A DNA stretch of 64,000 nt from Octopus bimaculoides. Its lineage: Eukaryota. Under the pieces are notes generated by a model. The model was not told the origin of the DNA. It ran no database searches and saw only the letters and a program-made list of their open reading frames with translations. The position numbers and the translations under genes were made by a program. Shown one piece after another: positions 1-12,860 of this stretch (position 1 is its first letter; each line of letters starts with the position of its first letter). The stretch is from assembly GCF_001194135.2 (NCBI RefSeq), contig NC_068988.1, positions 67,415,123 to 67,479,122 of the forward strand, given 5' to 3'.

Positions 1-1744
1 TATATATATATATGTATATATATATAACATAAGTATATATTACATGTCGCATTTTTACTTGATCAAATAGGCTGAGGATTTTCAATTATGTGATTGACTC
101 TATTAATTGCGCAGGGATGCAACATGCGGTCTAGTATTAATTAATAGAACAGAAAAAGCGTTATTGAGTTGACTCCACTGTGTAGTCATACAAATCATTT
201 TGGTATCCAAAAATGATGTTAAAATATTTTATATTATAAATCTAGTACCATATTTAATTTGCATTTCTAGTCTAGAATTCTCTTATCTAAACATACATAA
301 AAATTCTATTCTTAGCTCCTCTATGATAATCCTATCAGCTTAGTTTCTCTGTATCTAATACCATTATAGTAGCAGAAATAGTTATTAAAATTGAAGAAGA
401 TTGGCTTTTATCCCCAAAATATTATACTTGATTTCGTTGTAGGCTGAGGAGCGAATATGGGATAGTAGGAAAACTGTAAAATTACAAAGAATTATAGAAA
501 TAGCTTTTTGAAATGTAGTATTTTTCCTCTTCCAATCGAATGATAAATGATCTGAGATTAATGGAATAGTAGTATTTTTCAGAAAAAAAATCAATATTCT
601 ATTAAGCGTGACAAAAAAAGTGACAGTGATATTGTAGAAAAATAAATGGCTTTATAAAGCTGAAGTATTAAAACATAAAACGATCAGAGTTTATTGGGCT
701 GAAAGTAATCTTTAGAAAATGTGAGCTACTTGAAGAATTATCAACCTGATTAATGACCTCTACATATGACAATTAACCGAAAATTTGTGGAATTGTAATC
801 GATTTTCAATTGTGATTGTTGTGAAAATAGACTCAGAAAGTTAATCAATTAGATACATTTACAAATCAGGATAATATTTATGTTGCATAAGTTTAGAGAG
901 AATGAGAGTCCTGCTCAAATTAAAAGCGGAAGTTATATTAGTTATTCCTTATTCATTCTGATGTTATTAACATAAACGATATATTCAATCGATTCTACTA
1001 TAACTGGTTGTTTAAAACATTCAACATTGATGAGATAAGTTTCCCCCATGGTAGCTATTATAATACCAGTCTGTTTCTGGTAAGTTATTGTGTCTCATTT
1101 CAATAAGATTCTATCAGAATATCTATCAAATAAATTGGTTGGTGCTGTTTATCACAATGAGTGATCAAATGCCATGAAACTATGTTTGATTTTATTATAA
1201 AGATTAGTTTGTGATTACAAAGAAACTTGCTAAACGCAAACTATGTATAACATGACAATTCACCTACTTTGTATCCCTGGACATCGTCAACGCAATTACT
1301 TTTTGGTTTTCCGAAACCAAATTATGTTTTTTTCTATCAATTGGCGATTCCTCTTATTTACCTATTGAGGGAGCCTGATGTGGGTTAATTTGGTTCTAGT
1401 GGGAATTTTTTCAGCAAGAGTTTTACTTGTCTCTAAACAGAGTAAATCAAAGATTTAAAAATTACAGATCAGCTGTTTTTAAGTACAGTGGTAAACTGTG
1501 CAAAATGGCACATGAATCTATAAAGATAAACAGATGATTCTGGGCTATTTTGTCCAGTAAACAGTCCACATTTTAATCTACAGTCACTATGGTAGCCCAT
1601 ATAGTAACCCTCTATGCTATTCGCTTTTAAAATTGGCAGTACGATAAAGACATTTAAATCGATTACAAACATACATACATGCATCTTAGCTATTTTCTCG
1701 TATGCGAGCAAAGCCATTGCTAGAAAGAATCACTGAAATGAGTC

Positions 1745-1933
1745 ATTGTTGAGGCCTTTGTTTGACTCTTGACCCCGGCCAAAGATTTACACATTTTATT
1801 GCAAATGCATAGCTGTGCTTGTTGGCCGAAAGAACAGGTGCCGCAGTATGAGCTCTTTTGACATGCCTCTTCAACCCTTGACCTGAAAGGCACACCTTAC
1901 CACAAATTGTAATGTTCTGTAGTGAACAAGAGC
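1745..1933 (-). mobile_element. RTE-type LINE 3' fragment with two degenerate C2H2-like zinc fingers
   Basis: Minus-strand translation gives ICGKVCLSGQGLKRHVKRAH and, in another frame, CICNKMCKSLAGVKS. Both resemble the C-terminal zinc fingers of RTE ORFs. Abuts the microsatellite at 1934. Confidence 0.55.
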
Positions 1934-2000
1934 TATACATACATACATACATACATACATACATACATACATGTATGCATGCATACATACATTCATACAT
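1934..2000 (+). repeat. (TACA)n microsatellite at the 5' junction of the Dong/R4 copy
   Basis: Directly visible tandem ATAC units. Confidence 0.95.
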
Positions 2001-4205
2001 CCATGGTGAAACCGGTAAAATCACAGCAGAACAAGCAGCTGGGTAGGATGGAGTCTGGAGAAATTCCGAGCAATTGTTAATCAACAAAACTGTGTTGTCA
2101 GATGTGCGAGGACTTAGGAGGAACCTAGTTTCAATGTGGCTAGACTACAAGAAAGCCTTTGACTCCGTTTCCCACTTATGGATGCTAGAATCCCTTCAAC
2201 TTGCTGAAATTCCAGTATGCATAGTCAAAGTCATAGCTGACCTGACTACATCGTGGGCCACCATTTTGAAATTATGCACAAAGAGTGACTGTATTATCAC
2301 TGATGGAATACAATATCACAAAGGCATATTCGAAGGGGAAAACATCTCTACGATGTTGGTTATACTTTGTGTAAACCACTTGTCATTCATGTTATGGAAG
2401 TCAGAAGGATATCACACTGATTCACAAGGAAATATATATACCAAAATTACACAGTTTCTTTCTGGATGACTTGAAACTTTATGCAAATAATATGCACGGG
2501 ATGTAAAAGATCCTGGACCTACGTAGTTACAACAATCTCAAAGGATGTAGTGTTGGAGTTTGGTCAGGATAAATGTCGTTATATGGTCGTGAAAGGGGGA
2601 AAACTGTATACCAGACTAGCAACATCTCCATCAATGACTTGACTGTTGTCCTTATATATGACGAGGTATGTTACAGATATCTAGGGGTGGATGAAAACAT
2701 CTTACAATGGTACCTGTAACAAAATACGTGTCACTAAAGAATATTACAGCCGAATAAAAAAGACTTTTGCACCTCAGAACTCTCTGCGTTCAGTAAAACA
2801 GTGGCTCCCAATTGTTTGCAGTGCCAGTAGTCATAGAAACATTTGGGCTGCTTGATTGGACGCTTGATGGGATCCGAGCCATTAATGTGAAAGCCTAAAC
2901 AATTCTAACACGCATACATAATTTCCACATAAACAGTGACGTAGATCGCCTGAACCTAAAACGAAAATAAGGCAGCAGAAGCTTTACATCGATCCAAAAC
3001 GCCTTTGAATGTAGTATCAAATCCCTTCAACATCATCTTTTAACCACCAAGTATCGGAAGTGCATCCCTTGACCAAGTTTGCATACATGAGGCTGATAGC
3101 GTCATATGACTTGGAAGGTAGCTCCTTGAGCAACATTCTGATAACTTAGAATACATGCCCAAGCAGTAGCACGTCTCTACCGCAACGTATCATTAGAGGA
3201 AAAGATGAGCATATAACAACAAAAAGATTATTCATGGATATGTTAGTAGAAAGCTCCGTGTTGTTTGTAATATTGATCATCAAAGCAGTTTATAATGGAC
3301 CAATAGCTGGATTACTACCTCCCATTTTGAAGGGTATGTGTTTGCAATTCTGGAGCAGGAAATATCAACCAAATACCTGATGCACAAAAGGTATAGAGAT
3401 GCAGGTAAAGCAGTAACAACCGGTGCAGACTTTGTGGTGATAACATCGAAGACATTTCCCACCTCATCAGCAATTGACCGAAAATGTGATCACGGTATTA
3501 GGATAGCCCCGAGGACAAAGAAATAAGAATCCGCAGTATAGTAGAAGGAATATGCACTTATAACAAAAAAAGATTACTAGTTGAATGTCCTAGGGAGGAT
3601 CTCAATAAAATGTAAGCACAACAGACAAGATATAACAAGATATAATGATTTGGGAAAGAGAAGAGAAACTGTGCACAGTTGTGGAAATTAGCTGTCCCGC
3701 GAATGTTAACATTAAGCTCAAGGTAATTGAAAAAGGGAATATCTACTTTGAACTATTGCGAAATCAGCAGTTACTCTATCCAGATTACAAGTTCAGATTT
3801 ATGCTTGTAATCACTGGGCATATGTAAAAAAAAACTACCTAAATACCAATCTTGAGAAATTAGGCTTCTCAAAACCAGAAAGGATAAAGCTACTTCGAAG
3901 ACTACAAATCCACTCCATCACTGGAAGTGTAAATATATATAAAACATTCCAGAAGATTATCATTTAAATATATATGAGCATGTCTAGATATGCAACTATA
4001 TGCATGAGAATACATACGTAAAACAAAACATACAAATCTTCACATTTACATATATACATACATACCTTTTTGCATACATACAAAAAAACCCACCTGTTGA
4101 TGTTGAAATTTCGATGCAGGAGGCTTCGATATAGGTTAGAAACTGACTCTTTCTCTAGTGGCAAAAAATCTTGCAATAAGACCGATCAATGCAATACATA
4201 CATAC
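2001..4205 (+). mobile_element. 5'-truncated, degenerate Dong/R4-type non-LTR retrotransposon (RT, CCHC finger, restriction-like endonuclease)
   Basis: Motifs in order across frameshifts: EQLLINK; WLDYKKAFDSV (~2137); LDDLKLYA (2462); EFGQDKC (2556); YLGVDEN; CRLCGDNIEDISHLIS (3424); VVEISCP...EKGNIY (3678). ORF stop at 3965-3967, then a 3' UTR ending in CATACATAC. Confidence 0.9.
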
Positions 4206-4345
4206 GTGCATACTTTCATACACACAAAAATACCCTGTTTTTGATGCTGAAATTCCAATGAAGGAGTTTGGATCTAGGTTAGAAACCCGCTTTTTTCTCT
4301 AGTGGCAAGAACTCTTGAAATAGAACTGAATAATGGCATACATAT
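4206..4345 (+). mobile_element. Second tandem copy of the Dong/R4 3'-terminal ~130 bp
   Basis: Matches 4070-4200 (GATG[TC]TGAAAT...TAGGTTAGAAAC...TCTCTAGTGGCAA) and ends in CATACATA. Confidence 0.8.
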
Positions 4346-5179
4346 ATAAACATCAACACGAAAATCACCGAGAATTTATTGCATTTGACATAAATACCTA
4401 GCACACATATTTCACAGGCCATATTTCATAGACATGTTCTTCTTACTCTCGCGTTTAAAAATGAATAAAGCAGTGAAGCAGCGATCGAAAACGTAGTATC
4501 ATTTACCAAAAGATATATGTTCTAACAAAAATATAGAAAGCTGATTGGATTTTTATTGCTTTTCAATCTATATATTACCATATAATAATTGGGTTTCAAA
4601 GACGTAAAGAGTTAGCGGAGAGGATTGTAATTACTGAGCTTCTCCAATGTACCTTTTAACGAGACAAATGGCTTTCTTTAGATAAGTGCATTATTTATAA
4701 AGAGTTGATTTCATGTCTTTGAAATAAAATTTGTTATAAGGTTAAATATACAATGGGTCTCTATCGTTAATATGTGGATTATATTTTAGGAATTAGGAAC
4801 ATACTTCTTTTCTTTTAGCTAATCATATACCTGTTGTGCATTACAGACGTATCCGAACAAGACATGATTTTCTTTCAATGAATTACATTTGCTGACGCAA
4901 TGACGTATAATCTAATACTAATGAGAAAAACATCTACGTTTACCCGATAGATGTAAAAAGTTATAAGAAAAAATGCGGGTGATTTCACACAGTAAATGAA
5001 GCTATTAAGAATAGATGAAAAGAAGGAACTGCTTCTTTACGTTTTTCTCAACTGTTCTCAGCTTTTGTGTAAAATAAAGTGAGATTAAGTTTGCATCACG
5101 ACTTCGAAAAAGTAATTTTGCATTTTATTTAATAAAATAAAATCAGCATAAAACAGCGTATATATATATATAGTTATTC

Positions 5180-6150
5180 ATTTAAAATATAATCACCCTC
5201 ATCATCAAAAGCATGTTCTCACCTTCAAACCCGTTTTGCACTTACTCGTGCAGAAAAATCAGCTTATTTAGAAAAGAAAAAAATATTCCGTGTCGTTTCG
5301 ACGTGTACGCTACGTTTGGATATTTTTCCATTGGCAAAACGTTCAAGACATTTACTGTTGCCTAAATATGCCGAATAAGAATGATGAAGGAGATCTCCCT
5401 AGCCTAAGGAATTTATGTATTTCGTTATTTTTACTGAATGTTACCTTGCGTTATTTCACACGATGACGTCGTTTTTGTTGTCTAGAACTGCTTATCTTTT
5501 TAGCAAAACATGATTGGTACGTTCAAGTTGATAACAAAGATCAGCGGAGATGCCATTTCCTTGTTGAAATAATTCAAAGTAAATAATACCTTTTGTATTC
5601 CGCAAAACGCACAACACCATCTTCTTTGGGTGTATTTCTGGTTTGTGAGTGCTGGAACTAGGTTTTCAATTGGCGATAGTTAATGGTTGTTAAGTTTATT
5701 GCTGGAATAGACTTCCCATTTCTAATCACCTGTTAGAATTCCATTAAAAAGAGGTATTTCTTCATTCCTGATTTGCAGGATGTTTTAATTCATTGAAAGC
5801 ACTCCTTTATTCTCGGGGGACAGCTATTGAGATAATCAAACAAATTGAGCAAGTGTATACTGGGTCAAGGTTTATTTAGTTCTAGGAACTTGGCCCCGAT
5901 AATTGTAAGCGGATCCTCCTCAATTGTTGATTTCATTGCATCTTTACTAAGAACAGTTGGTTTTCATGATCGTTACGCATACAAATGATCAAAATCACTG
6001 CTTTTGAACGTTTTAAACCACATTTAGCATTTCCTAACACTCATAATATTAGGTTACACAATGCATAAGTTTTCCGTTGAAAGTGCTGCATTGCTGCCCT
6101 TACGAAATATCGCACACGCAGCTTAATAAAGTCCTTGCCTTCAATAGGTT
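5180..6150 (-). mobile_element. Degenerate mariner transposase relic
   Basis: Minus strand gives WFKTFKSSDFD, ILTGD*KW, HPKKMVLCVLRNTKGIIYFEL, NNAR*H, HHSYS and DDEGDYI. This is the mariner motif order (TGDEKW, HPKK, DNARPH, HPPYS) with stops and frameshifts. Confidence 0.85.
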
Positions 6151-6446
6151 ATCAGATTGACTCACTACACACATAGTATGTTTCGACAGTAATGTTTGAT
6201 GTTTAAATCTACGTTGATTGGCCACCTCGATTAGTAGTTTGTAAACTGCATGCAATATGACGTCAGACGGTTTCCTTGCAAATACGTTACTTTACGGTAA
6301 CCCTAATACAAAGACGTTTGACGTAATGTGTAATATCATTATAAATAATATCCTCGTACTCCTTCAACACAATGTATCCCCAGACCCACAGATTCTGTTG
6401 CATCCGCAAACCACTTTTCATCTGTGGTTATTATAGTAATCTCTAA

Positions 6447-6650
6447 GGCAGCGAGTTGGCAGAACCGTTAGCATGCCGTATAAAATGCTTTGCAGCATTT
6501 GCATCCTAAGTTCAAATTCAGTTGAGTTCGATTTTGGCTTTCATTCTGTCGAGGTCAATGAAATAAGCACACGCCGGTTGACAAGTGGGAGGATGTAATT
6601 GACTTATGCTCCCCGCCCTAAAACTGACCAAATACCAAAGTTTGAAACCA
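6447..6650 (+). mobile_element. tRNA-derived SINE, family A
   Basis: GGCAGCGAGTTGGCAGAACCGTTAGC head and AGTTCAAATTC B-box-like motif. Related copies recur throughout the window. Confidence 0.8.
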
Positions 6651-6774
6651 ATATATTATGAGTAATATCTGATTACTCGTTCAACATATTCCACCCTCTG
6701 ACCCATGGATCTACTGCGTTCACAATCTGCTTATTATTTGTGATTATTACAGCAATTTGTAAGGAGGTAGGCTG

Positions 6775-6955
6775 TAAAAATACTTCGCAGCATTTCGTGT
6801 GTTTCTTTTCTGAATTCAAATTGACCTGAGGTCGACTTTGTCTTTCTTTCGGGTTCTATAAATAAGTACGCAGCAGTTAAGCACTGCGGTCGATATAATC
6901 AACAAGTCTCCCACTTCTCAAATTTCAGGCCTTGTGTCTATTGCAGAACGGACTA
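6775..6955 (+). mobile_element. SINE family A, partial
   Basis: Shares TGAATTCAAAT...GAGGTCGACTTTG...TAAGTAC...GGCCTTGTG with the other copies. Confidence 0.75.
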
Positions 6956-7373
6956 TTAGAGTAATCTCTGACTCACGGAGATACCATGTTATGTTCCCTC
7001 AGACATTCATGACTCTTCTATCCTACTTTTGATATACATTGTATATCCTACCCACGCTTCAGAATACAAAAAAAGATCCTTCCTCGGTTTACTTCTCCAA
7101 AAACATGGTCATCAAAAATTCCCTCCCACTGTACTCCCTCTCATTCTTATGCAGCCGTCAACTTGTAACTTGTCAAAAATAACGTTAACGATATTAAATA
7201 TATTGCAGGATCAGTGAAGTCCATTATGCCATCGTTGTTTTTTTCTCTCCAAAATAGTTAAATATATAAAAAATTATGTCTTCAACATACTATTTATTGC
7301 TTAAATAAAAAGCATTTCAATGATATTGAGGCTTGTAAATAAAAGAGGCGGGAGCATATGGAATGTAGGAATT

Positions 7374-7680
7374 TCAACCACGTTTCGTGGTCTGCTACCA
7401 CAGCAGCTCCTTTATAGGATTCAGTTAGCTCAAGACATCATCAGGAGGAACCACGTCCGGTTTCGTCCCCTACTCCTCTACCGTTTTGACGTGGCGCCCC
7501 CCCCCCCTTTCGGAGGTGTCTTCAGCTCTGGTGTTGGGTGCATGTCTTCTTTCTTCTATTCCCTGGCCTCTTCGATGCAGGGTCAACGAGTGTCAGCGTC
7601 CGACTGATTGTCATGTCAAATTCCTCCTTTTATACCTGCTGCTAGGCTCCGGCAGGCTGCCCCAGCAAGTTGTCATTTTC
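7374..7680 (-). mobile_element. GC-rich Penelope-like terminal-repeat relic with a degenerate hammerhead core
   Basis: Minus strand has TATAAAAG, then CTGATGA (7444-7438), a structured insert with a GTGGT/ACCAC hairpin, and GAAAC-GTG-GTT (from 7386). Stem I is only partly paired. Confidence 0.45.
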
Positions 7681-8513
7681 TAAATAATTGACCATTTTAC
7701 AATAGTGTCTGATGAAAGAGGTTGATAAATAATCAGAATAATGGAATTGTATTAGGATTGAAGTGAAGCAATACCTCGAGCTAGCAGGCACATTAAGTTG
7801 AGGCGCATTACAGTTTTTGTTTAGTTTAAGAAACTTAGAATAAAGAGCTCCTCTCCCTGAACGGAATGCTAGTCGGTCGCAGGTTTGAACCCAGCAGATT
7901 AAAACTCCGACGGACAGAGTTAATCAAGTGCTGCTGCTGTAAGGCGTTTTCACTTTGGTGGACTCGCTCGATGGAGAAATAACAGACCACGTTGTGAGAA
8001 ACAACACACCAGATGGTCTGTGAATGAAACCTACTATATAATAATCCTGGGCCTAATGCCACGAATAGTTGATCACGCGGTTTCACCTTATATAACAGTG
8101 GTATATAATAATTCAGTTGACAGGATAAATACTGATGAAATCTCTGTGAGATGCCAATGATAAAGATTAGTTGTTTACTGCTTCAGAATTATTAGAGTGA
8201 CATATCAATTATTAGAAATACATATACTTCTGGATAGAAATAATATATCACATGCGTGTTTGATCGCAATTATTGAATATCCGATTTAAAATATTCAGCC
8301 GTGAACATGATTACAAATGGCTTCTCTGTAAAGTAATATCATCCACATAAATTATATATGAGAAAATTCAGATTCATAACAATCAAATCATAGCTAATTG
8401 AATAATAATATCATCATTCATCATTGATTCATATACACAATAATTTGATAATTGTTTATGGTATGAATCTGACAAACTTTTGGCTTGATCATCACAAAAC
8501 AATTTTTTTTAAT

Positions 8514-8660
8514 TCCACCACCACCACCACCACCACCACCACCACCACCANNNNNNNNNNNNNNNNNNNNNNNNNNNAGCACCACAACCTGCCACCATCA
8601 CACCCCACCACCACCAACAACAACAACAACACCAACAACAACAACAACAACGACAACAAG
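8514..8660 (+). repeat. (CAC)n/(CAA)n microsatellite with gap
   Basis: Directly visible. Confidence 0.9.
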
Positions 8661-9899
8661 AGAAACAAACTGTTTAACCACAGAATGAAAACTAAATACT
8701 CCATATTTTAACTTTGTTTCAACGCTCAAAATCTTAATTGCTTTCTTCACAATTTTTCAAAAACTTCAACTTGCTTAATTAACTCCTTGTTAATTATTTT
8801 GTTTCTTTTCTTCATCCAACCATTATCTATTTCTTTTATTTTCAGTCACCTCTCATTTAGTTTTAAAATTTGTTCTCTCTATTACCACAAACAAGCATTT
8901 TACACAACACAGCTAATATATACTTTATTTCACTCCGCCGGAATTTTCAGTCCGAAGCGTTACATATCTCTCCAAATTTTCACAGGAAACTAATTTCTAC
9001 TTTACTAATTGCGTGTACTTACTAATTGCCAACCGAGACTATCTATACCCGTCTCAACCGATTCCACTATGATTCTATGGTTCCAATATAATGCCATTCA
9101 TTGAACTAAAATGATTTAACTGAATTAACGAAGACACAGACAACCACCATACATGCCGCTGCTTCTGTTGAATGGAAGACTACTACTATTACTCCTACTT
9201 ATACTAACACTACAACTTCTTGTATGCAGTTTTAGGAATTATGCAGGTTTCGATTGTGTTATCTTTGTTATGTGTGTAATGTTAATATTTATACAACAGT
9301 CACTGCTGCTACTTCTCGCACAGCACTAATCCCGTCAATATAATCTGACTTTGACTTTGTTTACTTAGAATTTTGTTATACTTCTATTAAGTTCAGGATT
9401 CATGTCTTCTTAGAACTCGTTTTACTTGTTTTTTTTTCTAGCTAATGCCTTTATTGTAGAAGAACATTATTACACAATACTATTACGGCCTCTCTTTATA
9501 GGTTTCTTATTTCTTTCCAATATATGAAGCCGTGTTTATCTCGTTGCCTGTGTTATGATTCAATAAATATAGTAGACAACTAATCCACCTTCCACTTCCT
9601 AACAAATAAAATGATAATCAAAAGACTTTCCACGTGACTATTCCATTTATTAGAAGTAGTAGCAAATCAAACTCAATTGTCTTTAGTGTCGTCAGCGGAA
9701 ACTTTGTTTTGTCGGCATTCTGTACGGTTTCAGATTTGAAGCTGATAACTTCTTTCCTTCTAACTCTCGCATGAGCGAGAGGGACTTTAAACTGTTTTCG
9801 GTGCTAACCTGCTTTAAAAAATCGTAGAACAAAAGGGGTACATTGTCTTACGTAGTCCTAGATACACAAGAACTCAGTATGTTGTCTTCTTATTTACAG

Positions 9900-10040
9900 T
9901 GCACGTCGAGCAAAATGCTTACCGGCATTTCGTTCATCTGCATTCTGAGTTCAAATTCCACCGATGTTGACTGTGCGTTTTCAGTGTCGATAAAATAAAT
10001 CGACTTGGACCCTCTCCCCAAACCGCTGGACTTTGAAATC
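9900..10040 (+). mobile_element. SINE family A, partial
   Basis: AAAATGCTTACCGGCATTTCG...TCTGAGTTCAAATTCC...GTCGATAAAATAA. Confidence 0.7.
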
Positions 10041-10689
10041 AAACAGTGCTTTGAAATGTTAGGAAAAGTAACATCAGCGATGTATACATTGGTTAAAAGT
10101 TATAAGAATGTTCAATAAAATAATTTGAATATTCCACTGGAGTAATAGAAAAAGAAAGAAAGGCAGCTGTACGCAAGATGGAAGAGAAATACTAAATAAT
10201 TTTTTGCTGATTAAAGAGTCAGAGAGAAGAGCTACGCTGGAAGCCGAGTGTAGATGAGTAGTAGTTTAGCGACGACTGCCAAGCAGTGAAAAGGAAGATG
10301 ATATCGTCTATGTTCGAAGCATTCGATGATAACTGGACATAGTCTGAAGAATGAAAAAGAAGCAACTTATTTTATTTGCAATCATTCATTTTATCCTCTA
10401 TACTATATCAAACCCTATCAATCTCCTTAAAAGTTATATGTCATCTTTAAAATTTAACTTTCTGCAAATCAATAACGTCAGCTGTGCATATAAAGAAAAC
10501 AACAGCATGATTAACATTGACTAAGCAGGAGCAAAAAATAAAAAAAAAACAAAAACACTTGTTTGTCACTAACTTTGATATAAACATACTCTTTCGCACT
10601 CAAAGGGATTTAAATTTAATTAACTAAAGATCCATAAACCTTTGACTCATGAACAGAAATATCTGAAATGCAAAACTAGTGGATTCTAT

Positions 10690-10900
10690 GAAACTAATTA
10701 CAACAAAATATAGCTACAAACACGATCTCAAAGCTACGAAGGAGACTATAGTCAATCGGCGACAGTTATAGCTTCCCCGAACAATACTCTTCTGTTATGT
10801 ATAAGAAAAATAGACTGGATGAAGTAGATCTGGTTTTACTGTGCTTGAAACACACGCGGCAGTCAGGGAAGATATGATTATATGCATACAAGACTGGATA
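10690..10900 (+). mobile_element. Possible RTE-like LINE 3' relic
   Basis: ISKLRRRL*SIGDSY loosely resembles the RTE ..RRRL.FAGHC motif. Heavily decayed. Confidence 0.3.
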
Positions 10901-11879
10901 AGTATTAGTCCAAAACTAAACAATAACAAATGCAACAACACACGGCACTCTGTGTTATTTGTATTACAGACCCTTCATGTTTAGCGAACCATAATAACAA
11001 ATTTAATCTCCTATTTTTGGACTATGTTATTAACGTATCTTCATTTTACTGGAGATTGAAACTAGATCTCTAGAGCACTGAATTACACTACACTAAGTAG
11101 GTTCTCTTGTGTGCAATACCGAGCTTTTAGATATTTTTTGAGGCTAAATCCAAAATATGTCGATCCATAATTACGTTGTAATACGGAAACATAGTGACAT
11201 GTAGAAATACAGAAATGTATAAAAATATTAGCTAACGGCTTAAATCAAATTGATGGTGACTGCTAAGTGAATTGCGTAAAAAAAAGAAATATGTTCTACT
11301 TCACCGATAGAAACTCGCAACAAACATTCCTTTGGGAAATGGCAATACATTTAAATGTCCTTAATAACAATGATGAAACTAACGAACCTTACTTGTACAT
11401 CTAGGAAAGTTTAAAGTAACTGTTTGGCCATGCCTGCGGATTGATACATGAAAGATGTGTTACTGAATAATCAATGAGGAGACGTTTTAAAAATACATTA
11501 CAGCACGACAATATATATTGCTTTGAATACTAATAACATATACTATATAATTCATACAGCATAATAGATTAATGGAGTAATCTTAAAAATATATTCGATT
11601 TTCTGTCATATGCAGCACAGCAATGTTTAGAATCCAAACAAAACAAACAACATTTTAATTAAAGCAGGTGTAGATATATACTCATTAAAGATGTATTAAA
11701 ATAAAATATATCATAAAGAATAGACCAGTGATATTGGCGATATTGAAAATAACAATATTTGATAATGCATTAAGCAAAACATAAAATTTCTTGCTGGGAA
11801 ATTGTTGTGTAAAAGAATTGATTAACGACGTAAAGGTATTGATTTATGCGTATTTACGTGGGGTTGTTAGTATTGATTT

Positions 11880-11995
11880 TAAATTTTGACACAAGGCCAG
11901 TAATTTCTTGGTAGTGTGTCAGTCGAACACATTGGCCCCAGTGTTTAACTGATACTTATTTTATCGACCTCAAAAGTGATGAAGGGCGAAATGTG
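11880..11995 (-). mobile_element. SINE family A, 3' part
   Basis: Reverse complement of the GTCGATAAAATAAGTA...GGCCTTGTG segment. Confidence 0.7.
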
Positions 11996-12539
11996 AACGG
12001 GGTTGTTAATATGATCAAGTTAGTGCTAATATAGCTATACTAGACTTAGAGTTAAGAAATGCAACGTATTATTGGAGGCCATGTGTAGTGCTTAGATGTG
12101 AGGTAAAGTTAGTAGTGGTAAAATTACTAGTAACAATGTTACACACACACATACAGACGTAAACACTCAGATGTGTGAGTATGTATGTATGTATATATAT
12201 ATATATATNNNNNNNNNNNNNNNNNNNNNNNNNNNNNNNNNNNNNNNNNNNNNNNNNNNNNNNNNNNNNNNNNNNNNNNNNNNNNNNNNNNNNNNNNNNN
12301 NNNNNNNNNNNNNNNNNNNNNNNNNNNNNNNNNNNNNNNNNNNNNNNNNNNNNNNNNNNNNNNNNNNNNNNNNNNNNNNNNNNNNNNNNNNNNNNNNNNN
12401 NNNNNNNNNNNNNNNNNNNNNNNNNNNNNNNNNNNNNNNNNNNNNNNNNNNNNNNNNNNNNNNNNNNNNNNNNNNNNNNNNNTATATATATATGAATATA
12501 TATATATATATATATATATGAATTAATGGTAATGTAGAA

Positions 12540-12860
12540 TTATAATTTGGAATGTAAATTCAGTAACGGAAACGCCGAGATATTATTTGTAACTTAAAGG
12601 TATTAGTAAGAGGGTAGAATTATTAGGGATAACGCTGATTCATTAGCGGCAACGTAGATGTATTAGTAACAATATCGTATATTAGTGGCAATATACAATT
12701 ATTAGTGCTATTGCAATTAGTGCTAATGCAGAATTAGTATCAATGTAGAGTTATTGGTTTCAATGTATGTTTATTAGTAGTAATATAGCATTAATAGTGC
12801 AAATTTTGAATTATTAGCGGCAATGTAGTATTATTGAGCGTAACGTTCTGTAAATTATTA
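12540..12860. repeat. Degenerate ~20-bp minisatellite (ATTAGYGGCAATRTAGAATT-like)
   Basis: ATTAG recurs at about 20-nt spacing, e.g. ATTAGGGATAACGCTGATTC|ATTAGCGGCAACGTAGATGT|ATTAG. Confidence 0.6.

Noticed and set aside
385-594. AT-rich ORF suspected to be a mitochondrial insertion (NUMT)
   Set aside because: No cox, cytb or nad motif could be aligned in any frame under the invertebrate mitochondrial code.
8130-8160. CTGATGA followed by an ATCTC/GAGAT hairpin
   Set aside because: No GAAA core or stem III follows, so it is too incomplete to call a hammerhead.
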